Shown: piece after piece, positions 13,161-26,260 of the stretch
Layout of the letters: the number at the start of each line of letters is the position of its first letter
How positions within the stretch are numbered: position 1 is the stretch's first letter
Assembly (NCBI GenBank): GCA_964016885.1
Contig: OZ024740.1
Span: 58,900,001 to 58,964,000, forward strand
Source of the DNA: Eledone cirrhosa
Taxonomy: Eukaryota
Direction: 5' to 3'
DNA: 64,000 nt
Translations under genes and position numbers: made by a program
The notes under the pieces: generated by a model
The model's database searches: none
Seen by the model: the letters and a program-made list of their open reading frames with translations, nothing else
What the model was told of the DNA's origin: nothing

Positions 13161-13576
13161 ATAAAATATTAAAAAAATAATGAATAAAACAATGAAACAG
13201 TTCCTTATATTAAACAAAAAAAGTTCATTATTTAACGATCGTTTCTAGGATATATATGTGTTAGAATTGGCATGCATATTCAACAGATCTATGTACAAAA
13301 TTATACAAAATTATACAAACTATCAAAATTAAATATACATACCAACACATATATATGCCGTCTTCAGAAACTGAAGACGGCATATATATGTGTGGTATGT
13401 ATATTTAATTTTGATAGTTTGTATAATTTTGTATAATTTTGTACATAGATCTGTTGAATATGCATGCCAATTCTAACACATATATATCCTAGAAACGATC
13501 GTTAAATAATGAACTTTTTTTGTTTAATATAAGGAACTGTTTCATTGTTTTATTCATTATTTTTTTAATATTTTAT
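13161..13576. repeat. Near-perfect ~416-bp palindrome of an HHR-bearing PLE terminus
   Basis: Arms meet at TCTTCAG-AAA-CTGAAGA. Right arm reads CTGAAGA-(long stem II GGCATATATATGTGT/ACACATATATATCC)-GAAA-CGATCG-TT. A single arm recurs at ~24638-24847. Confidence 0.85.
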
Positions 13577-15441
13577 ATATATATATATATGCTAACAGAA
13601 AATGGTTGTTAAGTGATAGTGATGATATATATGCATACATATATAATTACATACATATATTCTACTGATATATATTGGCAAAGTGTGCAAATTCGCTTTA
13701 ATTGAAGTCCTTTGCATTGAGTTACAGGCACTCCCTTGTCACTCTTGCTGTTATATATGCAATGAGCCAATGATTAGTTCAGTGGAAACCTGTAACCAAC
13801 AATACTATCGTTCACTAACTTCAACAGAAAATGGAAAAATAAATAGAAAAATTTATTTTGGAAATACAAATTTTCAGATTAAGTTGGGAAGATAAGAAAG
13901 CAAATGATTCCTGTTTTACTGTAAAATCTCGCATTTCAGCTGCTTTCCTTTCAAAAGAGTTTTTACTCTTCATCGAATCAGACTTAACTCTCACATATCT
14001 TTGAAATGAAGTAATGGCTTCACAAATGTTATTGTTTTTTTTATTGCATTCAACAAAAATCCCACTTTGGCACCACATAAAGCCTTTCTATTGATTCATT
14101 GCTCTATTTTGTAATAGCAGTACTTACAGATTGGAAATAGTAGGGTTTGGGATTCTTATTTAAATGCTTAGTAGTTTATATTCTTCATTCACATATACTC
14201 ATACATATATATTGCATATAAGACTCTGTATGATTATATGTTATCTTTAATATATGTGCTTATGTTGTTTTAAAACATATAGACATGTGCATATATACTG
14301 GCATTTAGATGTGTGTACATGTGTACTTGTATATATCTGTTTATGATGTTAAAATACACATATGTACACATGCACAGAGGATTCAACAAACCAACCAAAT
14401 TACAATATTAAATTTCTCTTAGGAATACTTTCTTAAAGAATCACTAAAAGCTATGACCTATTAGACTGACAAAAGAAATAGCAACAACAACAGCAGCAGC
14501 AAACAATAAAGCCCAGTAGATGGCCATACTACCTTATATTTTGGAATGATATCATTTAAAATTATATAGCTCTACATGTTTAGTAGAGGGTGAGAATGAC
14601 TGCTAGATTTTCCTTTCCAGAGAAGAACCTGTTTTTTTTGTAAATTTCTACTTCACTTCCTTCATAGCCAGCTGCTAGCATATCAATCATAAAGGAAGTA
14701 GCTTCTTTTTACATGCTAGTCAATTCAGTCGAGGTTTTGTGTAGATGCAAAATACTGAAGAATGGTAAACGTTCCTTCCTGTACATTTTTTGTGTTTTAA
14801 CACTTCAGTGCTTCTTTGCTTCTCTGTAAAGAATCTACAACTTGCAAGAAAAAAAAAAGACTGTGCAGACTTTAACTTTCAGAATTTCATGGTTTCATTT
14901 TTTTCCTAATATAAATCTTATAACTGCCTGAAATACTGAAATACTGCTTGCGTCCTTTCTGCAAGTAATATGAAATGTTATCTTATTCTTTTGCTGATGG
15001 ATATATAATAGATTATAACTATATGAGGTAATCTTGCTTCAATCCAGTGTTCATTTATACACATTTGTATATAAGCAGGTTATTTTCTAGTCAGTGGGCA
15101 AGCCTCTGTGTGATCGCTTGACTTGCTAGATATAATAGCCAAAACTCCTTCATATTGCACCTTTCTGTCTTAAAAAAATACGGAGGATACATTGGATAAT
15201 CGAGTGTTAGATACACTATGCCTCGAGCCCCATCCCTTCTTCCCCCACTAGATGGGATGGTCACACTTTTGATCATAAATTTAGTAAATAAGGGCTGACT
15301 TTGAGCTAAACAACAACAACCAAGTTGTTTTCTTGTTCTTCTTTGTCTAACATAATAAAAAAAAATTAAATATTTTGTTAGCCATCATCATCTTCATTAT
15401 CATCATCATTTGCATCTGTCAGTGTCAAGAATTCAAATCCC

Positions 15442-15668
15442 TTAACGCTTTAGCATTTAAACCAGCCATATCCAGCCAGAATTCTCTCTCTTCTTTCTGT
15501 TCAAACTGGCCATAATCAGCTGCTTAAACCGATTTTAAGGTATTGTTCTAAAAATAAATGATATCAAAATCGCATAGATTCAATATTATGTGAGAAAATT
15601 ATGTGATAAAGTGTTTACCATGAAAATATAATAGTAAATATAGAGTAATGTAATTGCTAAAAGGTTAA
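15442..15668. mobile_element. piggyBac-type MITE
   Basis: TTAA-CGCTTTAGCA...TGCTAAAAGG-TTAA. Same family inverted at 50257-50486, partial at 7429; another TTAA-CCCTTT family at 46800-47037 and 32436. Confidence 0.65.
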
Positions 15669-15849
15669 ATCTATTCATGTATTCTAGATGCTTATTTTCA
15701 ACCTAACTGAATGCTGATAACAAGGACTTAAGAATTGAAGCACACCTTGATACAAGAGTCCTCTTTTTCAGTCTGCTTCCCTCTGACAATGTCTCTTCCA
15801 GCCAGCCTTTATTTAGGTTTTTTTTTAAAGAAGTCACATCAAATGTGGT

Positions 15850-16235
15850 ATTTTCTCCTCAAGAGCAGATGCTCAGATGCATCATTCTTCTACAAGGAAA
15901 TATCTGCTTTAAAGTTCTTGATCGGAGTTCCTACAGCATACATTCCTTCTTGCAATTCTCTGTAATTAAGCATCTTCAGCAGTTGATCTTACATACTTCG
16001 GATGTGGCTAATCCAGTGCTGCTGAATTTATAACACCACTCACTGCCTTAATACTGTGTAGTCTATTTTGGTTTGATCAAAAATCTCATTATTTCTAACT
16101 TATCAACATATATACAAGATTATTTGCAGCTTTGTTGGATAGATGTATTCCAACATTTTTATGTCTTTTCAATTAAACATCCAGGTTTCACATCCATACA
16201 TAAGGGTTGTCAGAAAATCCTCTTTATAAACAATC
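15850..16235 (-). mobile_element. Highly decayed RTE LINE RT C-terminal fragment
   Basis: Minus translation TLMYGCETW...QHWISHIRSM...RELQEG..VGTP with stops. Confidence 0.6.
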
Positions 16236-16416
16236 CTTTCTTGACTGTGTAGCACATTTTCTCGAAGGCAGGACCTGTAAGATAAATACAATCTCAAATT
16301 CCATTGTATACTATGGCATAATCATTCCAGGTAACAAATAAAAAACTTGTTCATTAAGATGGTTGTATCTGAAGTAGCCTGTAGATTTTCTGGACAGTGC
16401 TCTCCAATAGCCTCAC

Positions 16417-16467
16417 CATCAATGCCCAGAAGAACTATAGATGCTACTTCTCCCAGTTGTTTTGAAT
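16417..16467 (-). CDS. Tentative 51-nt host exon (xSKQLGEVASIVLLGID)
   Basis: Acceptor TTTTCTACCTTTAAAG, donor G|GTGAGG, open phase-1/phase-1 frame compatible with 7844-7897. No homology recognised. Confidence 0.2.
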
Positions 16468-16502
16468 CTTTAAAGGTAGAAAATACACTCATTACAAACA
16501 AT

Positions 16503-19500
16503 CTCAGACTCAGAAGCTCCCGCGTCTTGCGACGCATGAGGCAATCTTAGTGTTCCTTCGCGTTCGGTCAACAGCCAATTTCACAGCGTCCCGCCATTGT
16601 CTGTTTGTCGCTCGCAGGTCCCTCTCAACTGTCTGGCGCCAGTTCATTTTGGGTCGCCTTCTCCGTCTGCTTCCCTGCCAGTCTCTCCGGGGGAAGTCTC
16701 AAAGCGTGTCCAAACCAGCCCAGGCATCGCTTGCAGATGGTAGAAGAGACTAGCTGCTGGTTGGTGCGGTTCCTGACTTCCTGGTTTGTTACATGGTCAC
16801 TCCATTTAATCCCCAGGATTTTTTGCAGACATCTGGAATCGAATGCGTCCAACTTCTTCTCTTGGGTGGTCTTAAGGTGCCATGTTTCACTTCCGTACAA
16901 GAGTGTGGACAGCACGTTGCTGTTGTAGAATCTCATCTTTGTTTTGAGGGTGAACTTCCTGCTCTTCCAGATCTTGTCAAGCTGGTTAAATGCTGCTGAA
17001 GCCTTTCCCATTCTACATTGCAGTTCACTGTCCATGGAGCCCTCATTGTTAATGGAACTTCCTAGGTAGGTGAAGTTGTCCACTATCTCCACCTTCCCCT
17101 GTTCAATAAAGACACTGGTTGGTGGTGGGTGTGTCCCAGATAACATGCTTTTGGTCTTCTTGGCACTGATATTGAGACCTAAGCTTCCTGCTTCGACATT
17201 GATATTGTTGACAATGATTTGCAGGTCAGCTGTGCTCTCTGCAAGTGCAGCAATATCATCCACAAAGTCCAGGTCAGACAACTTTTGCTCTCCCACCCAA
17301 GATATACCCTGGTCTTTAGACGCTCTACTTAGTATCCAGTCAATGGCTATGGCAAAGAGAATTGGAGAGAGCGAGCAACCCTGACGCACACCAGTAACCA
17401 CCTCAAACCAGTCACTGTAACCATCCTCTGTCCGTATGCAGCACTTGGAGTTTGCGTAAATCTGTTTGATTGCCGAAATGACTTTCTGGGGCAAACCCTA
17501 GTCATGCATGATGCTCCAGAGCGACGGTCGATGAATGCTATCGAATGCTTTGGAGAAATCGATGAAGCTGATGGCGAGGGGCCTCTGGAATTCGTTGTAC
17601 CTCTCAATGATGCGGTGTAGCGTAAAGATCTCTGCACAGGAATGTTTTGGTCGGAACCCTGCCTGTTGTTCTCGCAGTTCCCGGTCTACCATGCCACGTA
17701 TGCAGTTCAGGATCACTAGACAATAGACCTTCCCTGGTATGGAGAGGAGTGTCACTCCCCTCCAGTTGTCACAATCAGCAAGGTTTCCCTTCTTGGGGAT
17801 ACAGACAACTGCTCCGTTCCTCCAGTCTTCTGGGACTTCACCCATGTTCCACACAAGATTACATAAGTGGCCCATCCACTTGACCATGCTTTCGCCTCCT
17901 GACTTCAGCATTTCAGCAGAAATGCCATCCATACCTGGTGACTTGTTATTCTTAAGGGTTTTGATGGCCATGCGAGCTTCCTTCTCAGTGAAGTCATCAG
18001 TATTGATAGGTAACAAACTAGTAGGTTCCTTAGTGTCTGCTGGCATACGTGGCTCCGGTTGGTTGAGGACTTCCTTGAAATGTTCAGCCCATCTGACTAA
18101 CTTTTCTCCACTCTTGGAAAGCAGCGTACCATCTTTCGCTTTCACCGGGCCTGAGTTAGCTCTAGAGCTGCCGGTGATTTTCTTGGCAATTTGGTACACA
18201 GAGCACATGTCATTGCGTGCCACAGCTGCTTCTGCCTCCTCTGCCTTACTCTCAAGCCACATTTGTTTGTCCTTTTGGGTGCTGCGTTTCACCTCCTTGT
18301 CCTTCTCAACATACTGCTGATATACTTTGATGGCCTCTGGGGTAGTGGCATGGCCTCTGCTCGTGTAGGGCTTTCCTTTCATTAATCAGCTGCCAGGTGT
18401 TGTCGCTGACCCAAGCTTCTCTGAGGGACCTCCTGTAGCCCAGGATTTCTTCCCCTGCAGCTTCCATGGTCTTCTTCATTTCCTCCCACCAATTGACCGA
18501 TCCTGGTGCAGACTCTTCAAGGACAGCAAATCTGTTCCTCAAAGCAGCCTCGAACTGTGCTTCTGTGTCACCGTTCTTCAGCTTGGTAATGTCAAAATGC
18601 CTTGTAGTGGGTGCTTTCTTCTTCTGCTTCTTCAGTCTGATTTTAAGTTTGGTAACAGAGAGATAGTGGTCACGGCAGACATATGCGCCTCAGTAGACTC
18701 GGACGTCCTGCAGGCAAGGAGTTCTCCATCTTGTGCCAATTGCAATGTGGTCTATTTGCACCTTGGTCCTGTGGTCGTTCGAAGCCCATGTGACCTTGTG
18801 GATGTCATGACGTTGGGTTTTGTTGACAACATCTTGTAGTTGCTGGTAGAAGGCGTCCTTGTCATCATCGTTATGTTCGTTGGTTGGTGCATAGCACTGA
18901 GCTATGGTGACCTTTGCATGTGATGTGGTGAATCTTGCTATCATTAGGCGTTCGTTGATAGGAGTCCACTCCTCAAGGGCACCACTGGCAGCCCTGTCCA
19001 TGATGATTGCAACTCCATCTCGGTGGGTCCCGTTCTGACGGCCTGAGAACAGGACGGTGTTGTTTTCACGGATAATCTTCCCAGAGTCAGTCCAGCGGAG
19101 CTCGCTGAGGCCCAGGATGTTAATTTTGTAGGCCTCCATTTCTCCGATAACTTGCGCAAGTTTGGATGGTTGGTACATAGTTCATATGTTCCAATATCCA
19201 ATATGTGTGGTTGTTTTTGCAGACAGAATTCTGGTCCTCAGGATGTCAGCCGCCTCATCGAGACTTTCGCTGACACCTGTCACATAATCTCCGGTTAGAG
19301 ACAACCGTTCTCCTGACTGCTTGGAATTTGAATCTGATGCACTATGAATTATTTTCGTAGCGGGAGAGTTTTTCCGGAAACAGGTCGCTGACCTGAAGCC
19401 CAACCACTGACATTTAGTAAAGAGACAGTAAGTGGAGTAGTCTCTGGTTGAACTGATAACCGATGGCCACGGAATATGGTGTGGGTCGCCTTCAGTCCTG

Positions 19501-19762
19501 GACCGGTGCTGAGGGAGGATTTCCTTCCGCTGTAAGCAGTGGCTTCGATGTTGAAGCTCATACGCCTAGTGGTGCCGTGTCAACACCACCCCCTCACGTG
19601 GTTCAGTCTACCAGCTGAAGCAGTGTGCCGGGGCATGGCGCTTGGAGCCACACATGAAAGATTTAGGGGATGGGTGGGGGCCGGTGATGACTGACCACCC
19701 TACCAGTTAGGGTGCAGCTGTCAACCATCAAGGGTAGTACCCCTATCCAAGCCCCTATGCCC
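16503..19762 (-). mobile_element. Near full-length, inactivated RTE-clade LINE (APE + RT)
   Basis: Broken ORF: IGYWNI, LGLSELRW, CYAPT, IDHI, KSPGMDG, NWRGVTLLS, FIDFSKAFDS, GVRQGCSLSP, DFVDD, YLGS, YGSETW. 3' tail CTGAGTCTGAG. 13-bp TSD CATTACAAACAAT at 16490-16502 and 19763-19775. Confidence 0.93.
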
Positions 19763-20014
19763 CATTACAAACAATGCCAGATGAGAATTCCAACTGAATT
19801 CTGTGTTATTGATTGCAGAATAGCTGTAAGGCATAGATTATTCATTGTAGATTATCATCAAAGGTCTTTTAAATTAGTTTTGAAAACAAAATGGTGTTGT
19901 TTTTAATAGTTAAACAATTAAAAAAAAAGATCATTACTAAATAAATTAGCAATAGTTATTTCTTGCTGAAAGCTTATCTGAATAGAATCTCCTTTTCTCT
20001 CTCTTTCTCTCTCC

Positions 20015-20061
<47 letters not shown>

Positions 20062-20398
20062 TACAACACAACAGGAGAAAAAATATAACACCACTGACGA
20101 TGTTGCAGATGTGCAACGAAAGATTTATGTAAATTATGTAAACTATATATATGTGTTTGTGTCTATATTGTATCTGTATTATTTTTTGACCGTCGGTCAG
20201 TCAATGGCAACATTGAGGACCGATTAAGTTAGATCGCAGATATAAAAGACAGCGAGAAGCGAAAACCAACCAAACAGTGAGTGTGTTCTGTTATTAATTC
20301 TGGCAATATTACAAAAATATGACCCTCCCCAAGTATAACAATATTTGTTTCGACACACGATTTCATATAAAAAACCTCGCTAAACTAATTCATCGCCG

Positions 20399-20709
20399 CT
20401 ATATATATATATAAACAGAGAATGTCTGTCTGACTCCCTAAAACTCAAGAACGACCCAACCGATTGTTTTCAAACTTTACACATGTAATACTTATGGTCC
20501 TGGGAGTGTTTTGAGCAAAAGGTATTTGAAATTTTCAATGCCCTAGGGACCGCATTAGGTGATTTAGCAATCTCTCTCTATAATTCTTAGTCTTTCTTTT
20601 TAGATAGATACATAGGTATAACGTTGCGCCCTTATAATATCTGTCTGTATGTCTGGGTGTCTGCATTACAACATTATGACGCTATATGTGTGTGTGTGTA
20701 TATATGTAT

Positions 20710-20741
<32 letters not shown>

Positions 20742-21160
20742 GTGTGTAACGTTTTTCGAAATATTTACTTCTGCGTTCACAGATTGATTTTTTTAGTTTC
20801 AGAAGATCCCGTTAAGAGTGAAAGCAGCGATTCTTTGCTTAAACTTTAATCTGTTATTTTAAAATATATATGTATAATTATATATTCGTGTACAGATATT
20901 TATATATATATATATATAATTATATATTCGTGTACAGATATTTTTGCATACACAATAACAAAATATAAACAAAAGTATTTATTTCACGATAAAGTATTGA
21001 TTTTCTTCGCACGGAAAAAAACCCTGGTAATCAACGACGAATTTTTTTTATAAGCACAAAATGTAGACACAGAGGCCGAGGTATTCCGTACTTCTCTGTA
21101 CTGTTTCAGAAAGGAGGGATAAACATGCCAATCTATGTTTAGAATCCCGAGCAAAGCTAG
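20399..21160 (+). mobile_element. Non-autonomous Helitron-like element
   Basis: 5' CTATATATATATAAACAGAGAATGTCTGTCTG; 3' CCCGAGCAA..GCTAG|T (hairpin partly lost); interrupted by microsatellite and an HHR-like insert. Confidence 0.55.
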
Positions 21161-21184
21161 TATATATATATAAACTTTAAAAAA

Positions 21185-21249
<65 letters not shown>

Positions 21250-21377
21250 TGTATTTATAGTATATTTGGGAATACAGTATACATAGATTCGTTCATGTAT
21301 ACATCGCTATTTCAGAGCACCAATACTAATACCATATATATATATATAGTTATGTAATAAACAACATAAGATAATTA

Positions 21378-21437
21378 TTTCATTTACCAGTGGTTTCTTG
21401 AAAGCAACCAAAATTGCTTTCATTCATCAGAATGAAA
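21378..21437 (-). ncRNA. Type I hammerhead ribozyme (inverted PLE terminus)
   Basis: Reverse complement of 26202-26260 (1-nt loop difference). Confidence 0.75.
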
Positions 21438-21640
21438 AAATCCTGGTGTCTTTATTGACAGTGGATTTGAAAAACAAAAATATATAACAGATATGAAAGT
21501 GAGGCTGGAGGAAAAAAAAGGGGGGGGGGGAATAATAAATAAGAATATATAACAACACACACGTACACGTACACACACACACACACACGCACTCACATAT
21601 ACACACTTATATACATATATATAAAAATATATACACGCAC

Positions 21641-22478
21641 ACAATATTAGCCGTAGGATTTCTACTTTATCTTCTTCTCTAGACATTTTTAATAAAGCTG
21701 CCCCTTATTATAATAAAGCCCTCAATAACAGCGGCTTTACAGAACAGATTACATATTTACCTACCCCTCCCCCTAAAACTAATCACAATAATAGGAAAAG
21801 GAAAATTATTTGGTTTACACTCCCCTTCTCTCTAACTGTCAAAACTAATGTAGGAAGGAAATTCCTTGACCTCCTAGATAAGCATTTTCCCCCTAATCAT
21901 AGATATTATAAGATATTTAATAGAAATGTAGTTAAAATTAGTTACTCTTGCTGCCCATCTATGAAATCTAAAATCACCAACTCTAATCGTACGAGAATAA
22001 ATCCAGGATGCAGTTGCAGAAAGCCGGATGAATGCCCATTACAGGGCAAATGTAACACCAAATCCGTTGTATATGAGGCCAAAGTAACACCTTTGATTAA
22101 CAACCAGCCAGCCAGGAGTGAACGATATGTTGGTATGACTCAAGGCAGGTTCAAAACCAGGTTTTATGCACATGTCGCTTCTTTTAAACATTCCGATAAA
22201 AGAACAGCAACGGCCGTCGCTAATAAGCTGTGGGAATTCAAAGATAATAACATCCCGTACTCTATCGATTAGTCTATTTTAGACCATTCGAGGGAATACC
22301 AAAGGGGCACAAAGAATTGTTCTTTGTGTACCACTGAAAAATTTAGAATTCTACAGAATTTGAAAGCCACTTCAACTTGCCTTAACTCCAAGACTGAGAT
22401 CTTCAGATGTTGTCCTCACCTGAAATCACAGCTGCTCTGTAACTGGATTGACATTCCTACGATGACTCAACCACCTTG
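21641..22478 (+). pseudogene. PLE ORF C-terminus (RT thumb, CxC..CPL linker, GIY-YIG endonuclease)
   Basis: KIIWFTLPFS, CSCRKPDECPLQGKC, VVYEAKV, YVGMTQGRFKTR, CSLCTTEK; in-frame TAG at 22270-22272 where W is expected. Confidence 0.88.
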
Positions 22479-23173
22479 AACTTCTTCTTTGCTCTTTACG
22501 CCTTACATCTACTACGGCCTTTATTACTCTATGAACTCACTTTCTGTACCTTTATTTTCTCTTTCTCCCTAATCTCCTCTTATTTTTTAACTTTTTATTT
22601 TCCTTATTCCCACCTACTCTCTACCTTACCCTTTACATACCCACCCCCTTTTGATTTTTAGATATTAATTTTACGTGTATGTATGTTGTCGTGTATATGT
22701 GTATATAAGTGTATGCATATATATATATATGTGTATATGCATGTAAAATTTGTTATATGTATGTGTATGTATGTGTATATATATATGTGTGTGTGTGTGT
22801 GTGTTTATGTGTGTGCGTGTGTGTATTTATTTTTGTGGTGTTGTAACTCTTTGTACTTATGTGTGTATATATATATACATATATGTATATATATGTGTGT
22901 ATATATGTATATATATTTGTATGTAGTTGGTTGTGAGTGTGTGTGTGTGTATGTATGTATGGTTTTGTATGTATATGCATAATTACATACAGAGTTTTTT
23001 AATGTTTACTTTTATTGATTATTTGCTCCAGGAACTGTTGAGTGCTCTTAATCAGCTATAAACATTTATACCTTTATATTTTTTATTTGTCGTATGCCCT
23101 ACTATTTGAATACCCCTTCCTTCCCTTTATTTTCATTTTGTGTGTGTATGTATGTATGTATATATATATATAC

Positions 23174-23221
<48 letters not shown>

Positions 23222-23269
23222 ACGTAAAATTGAAAATAAATTTTTATGTATTTATTTTATATATATATA

Positions 23270-23745
23270 TGTACAGCCACCGGAAATAACATCTGTGAAA
23301 TAAACAACTCTATCTATCTGCTTAGCTAGCTACCTCACCGTGAAACAAACAACGCTTAAAGCCACCAAAATAAAACGCCAACGCAACGGCTAAACATCAA
23401 ACGATTATTTTTGTATAAATAGAGTGATTCCAAACACTTTCGCCAGTCGACTTTTGGCAGAGTCAACCCGCGTATCGTTGTTCCTCTCCTCTGCTACGCT
23501 TGTCACTCACACACGCCTTGTACCTTGTATCGTCGCTTCATTTATGAAAATAAATAGCTGACCGAAACTACATCTCTCGCCTTTCAACTTGTGCTTTCGT
23601 CTGTTCATCCTTATCGTATGAGACAACAGTCCTTTTAAGGGCTACCCTCAGATCCGATCAGACCGTATGCGATAAGAGTCCTTTTAAGGGCTATTCTCGG
23701 ATCTGATCAGAAGCAGTGACCAGACTGACTAACCACTTCACTACA
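23270..23745 (+). mobile_element. Probable solo LTR inserted in (TA)n
   Basis: TGTA...TACA termini, TATAAAT at ~23414, AATAAA at ~23549, internal ~35-bp direct repeat AGTCCTTTTAAGGGCTA..GATCAGA. Confidence 0.6.
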
Positions 23746-23807
23746 TATATATATATGTGTGTGTGTATGTATGTATATAATTATGTATATGTGTGCGTGT
23801 ATGTGTG

Positions 23808-23870
<63 letters not shown>

Positions 23871-23943
23871 AGGAAGCTCAAACCGTTAAGGTTGTCTTTT
23901 TTCAGGGTATGTCAATGTTTATTTATAAAACTAATCTGTATTG

Positions 23944-23999
23944 TATTTTATCTGATGAAAGCGCACCATAATTTGCCTTGAAATATGTATAATAAAATA
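23944..23999 (+). ncRNA. Type I hammerhead ribozyme motif
   Basis: TATTTTAT-CTGATGA-AAGCGCA..TGCCTT-GAA-ATA-TG-TAT-A-ATAAAATA; stem I 8 bp; short insert between (TA)n tracts. Confidence 0.6.
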
Positions 24000-24037
24000 A
24001 ATATGGTTTTATAAATATAGTTTCCATTTGTTAATAT

Positions 24038-24093
<56 letters not shown>

Positions 24094-24473
24094 CATGTAT
24101 ATATATATATGTGTATGTGCGTGTGTACGTACTTATGCGTATGTGTGTATGAGACTTTACAGATTATATTTATGTTTTTATCTTTAAGAAATGTTTACCG
24201 TATGTGGTTGTATACATTTATGTGTGCGTGTATATGTATTTGTATGTATATTACTCTTTTGTGTCTGTGCTGTGTTTATATGTATGGGGTGTGCTTGTAT
24301 ATTTTATGTATGCGTATGTGTGTGTATATATATGTGTGTGTGTGTGTATGTGTATATGTGTGTGTGTATGTACACATGTGTATATATATAGCTCTACACC
24401 TCATCACAGAAGTGAACCTAAACTTCGAGTGCTCTCCCGGGTGAACCTGCAGTAACTCCAAGTTACACCCCCT

Positions 24474-24509
<36 letters not shown>

Positions 24510-24552
24510 GAAAGGTATAGAAAATATTGTAGCAAAAAGCCAACAGTATTCC

Positions 24553-24646
<94 letters not shown>

Positions 24647-24928
24647 TAAAAAAATAATGAATAAAACAATGAAACAGTTCCTTATATTAAACAAAAAAAG
24701 TTCATTATTTAACGATCGTTTCTAGGATATATATGTGTTAGAATTGGCATGCATATTCAACAGATCTATGTACAAAATTATACAAAATTATACAAACTAT
24801 CAAAATTAAATATACATACCAACACATATATAAGCCGTCTTCAGAAATATATATATATATATATATATGAAAGACGTAAAATAAGAACATTTTAAAAATT
24901 AGAAATTAACTTACTTACTAAAATTTTC

Positions 24929-25010
24929 ACTCCAACTAATTAGTTTCTGTAAGGGAATAAATATAGTTACGTAATGTAACTATAGAGAATCCCTTACGTC
25001 ATCAGGGAGT
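24929..25010 (-). ncRNA. Type I hammerhead ribozyme with extended stem II
   Basis: Minus strand: ACTCC-CTGATGA-C-GTAAGGGA..TATAGTTAC/GTAACTATA..TCCCTTAC-A-GAAA-CTAATTAG-TT-GGAGT. Lies in an inverted-repeat module 24865-25433. Confidence 0.75.
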
Positions 25011-25537
25011 CTATTATCAGCTAAGTTCCCAGGCAATGCGCGAACAGTAGGAACCCATATAAAAATAATAATTCAGTGGATGGAAGAAAGCTAGCGGGGA
25101 CTAAATTCCAGGGCACTGAAAAAATTCACTGCCTACTTGGTCAGTGGCAAATTCTAAAGAATCAATCACGTGACACTGAGGTTAATCAGTGAGGAGTGGG
25201 GTGGTATTATGACAAGAGCCTAACTACTACCATGAACCATAGCAGTAAATTTTGGCAAGTTTCGCTCAACAAATAATTTGGAGATAAATATAGAGAATTA
25301 GTATATCTACCAACATCTATAGTTACATTACGTAACTATATTTATTCCCTTACAGAAACTAATTAGTTGGAGTGAAAATTCTAGTAAGTTAATTTTTAAT
25401 TTTTAAAATTTTCTTATTTTACGTCTTTCATATAATTGTTCTGCATCCCCCTGCATAGAACCACAAAGGTACTAAGACATAACATATATATTTGCTAGCA
25501 TGGGTATACATCTGTATACATATGTTGGTAGATATAC

Positions 25538-25619
<82 letters not shown>

Positions 25620-26201
25620 GGGATTTTTGGGCATTTGCTTACCACGTGCGTTTGGTGATTTATTATTATTATTATTATTATTTTTATTTTAAATTTTGCC
25701 GTCTTGTATCGCTGTCAACTTAATAATATTTAAAAAAATTTTTATTTTTTTTATTTTCTTAATCCTTATTTTTTATGTGACGGCCTATTATGATTATTTA
25801 TTCTTATTTGTGTGTGTGCATATGTATTCTTTTATATGTGAGTACGTATGTGTGTGTGTGTATATATATATGTGTGTGTGTATTTATGTATGTATGTGTA
25901 TATATATGTATATATATATGTATGTGTGTGCATGTATATGTATGTATGTATATATATATATATATGTGTGTGTTGGTGTATTTATGTATGGATATATATA
26001 TATGTGTGTGTATATGTGCCTCTGTGTATATTTGTGTGTATGTGTGCGTGTATATATTTATATATATTTGTATATATATGTGTGTGTACGTGTGTGTTGT
26101 TATATATTCTTATTTATTATTCTCACCCCCTCCTCTTTTTTCCTCCAGCCTCACTTTCATATCTGTTATCAAATCTACTGTCAATAAAGACACCAGGATT
26201 T

Positions 26202-26260
26202 TTTCATTCTGATGAATGAAAGCAATTTGGTTGCTTTCAAGAAACCACTGGTAAATGAAA
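26202..26260 (+). ncRNA. Type I hammerhead ribozyme (PLE 3' pseudo-LTR)
   Basis: TTTCATT-CTGATGA-A-TGAAAGCAA(TTTGG)TTGCTTTCA-A-GAAA-CCACTGG-TA-AATGAAA; stems I, II and III all pair; predicted cleavage after GTA at 26253. Confidence 0.8.

Noticed and set aside
17535-18385. Plus-strand ORFs overlapping the RTE (likewise those antisense to the other LINEs)
   Set aside because: Antisense shadows of the LINE coding frame.
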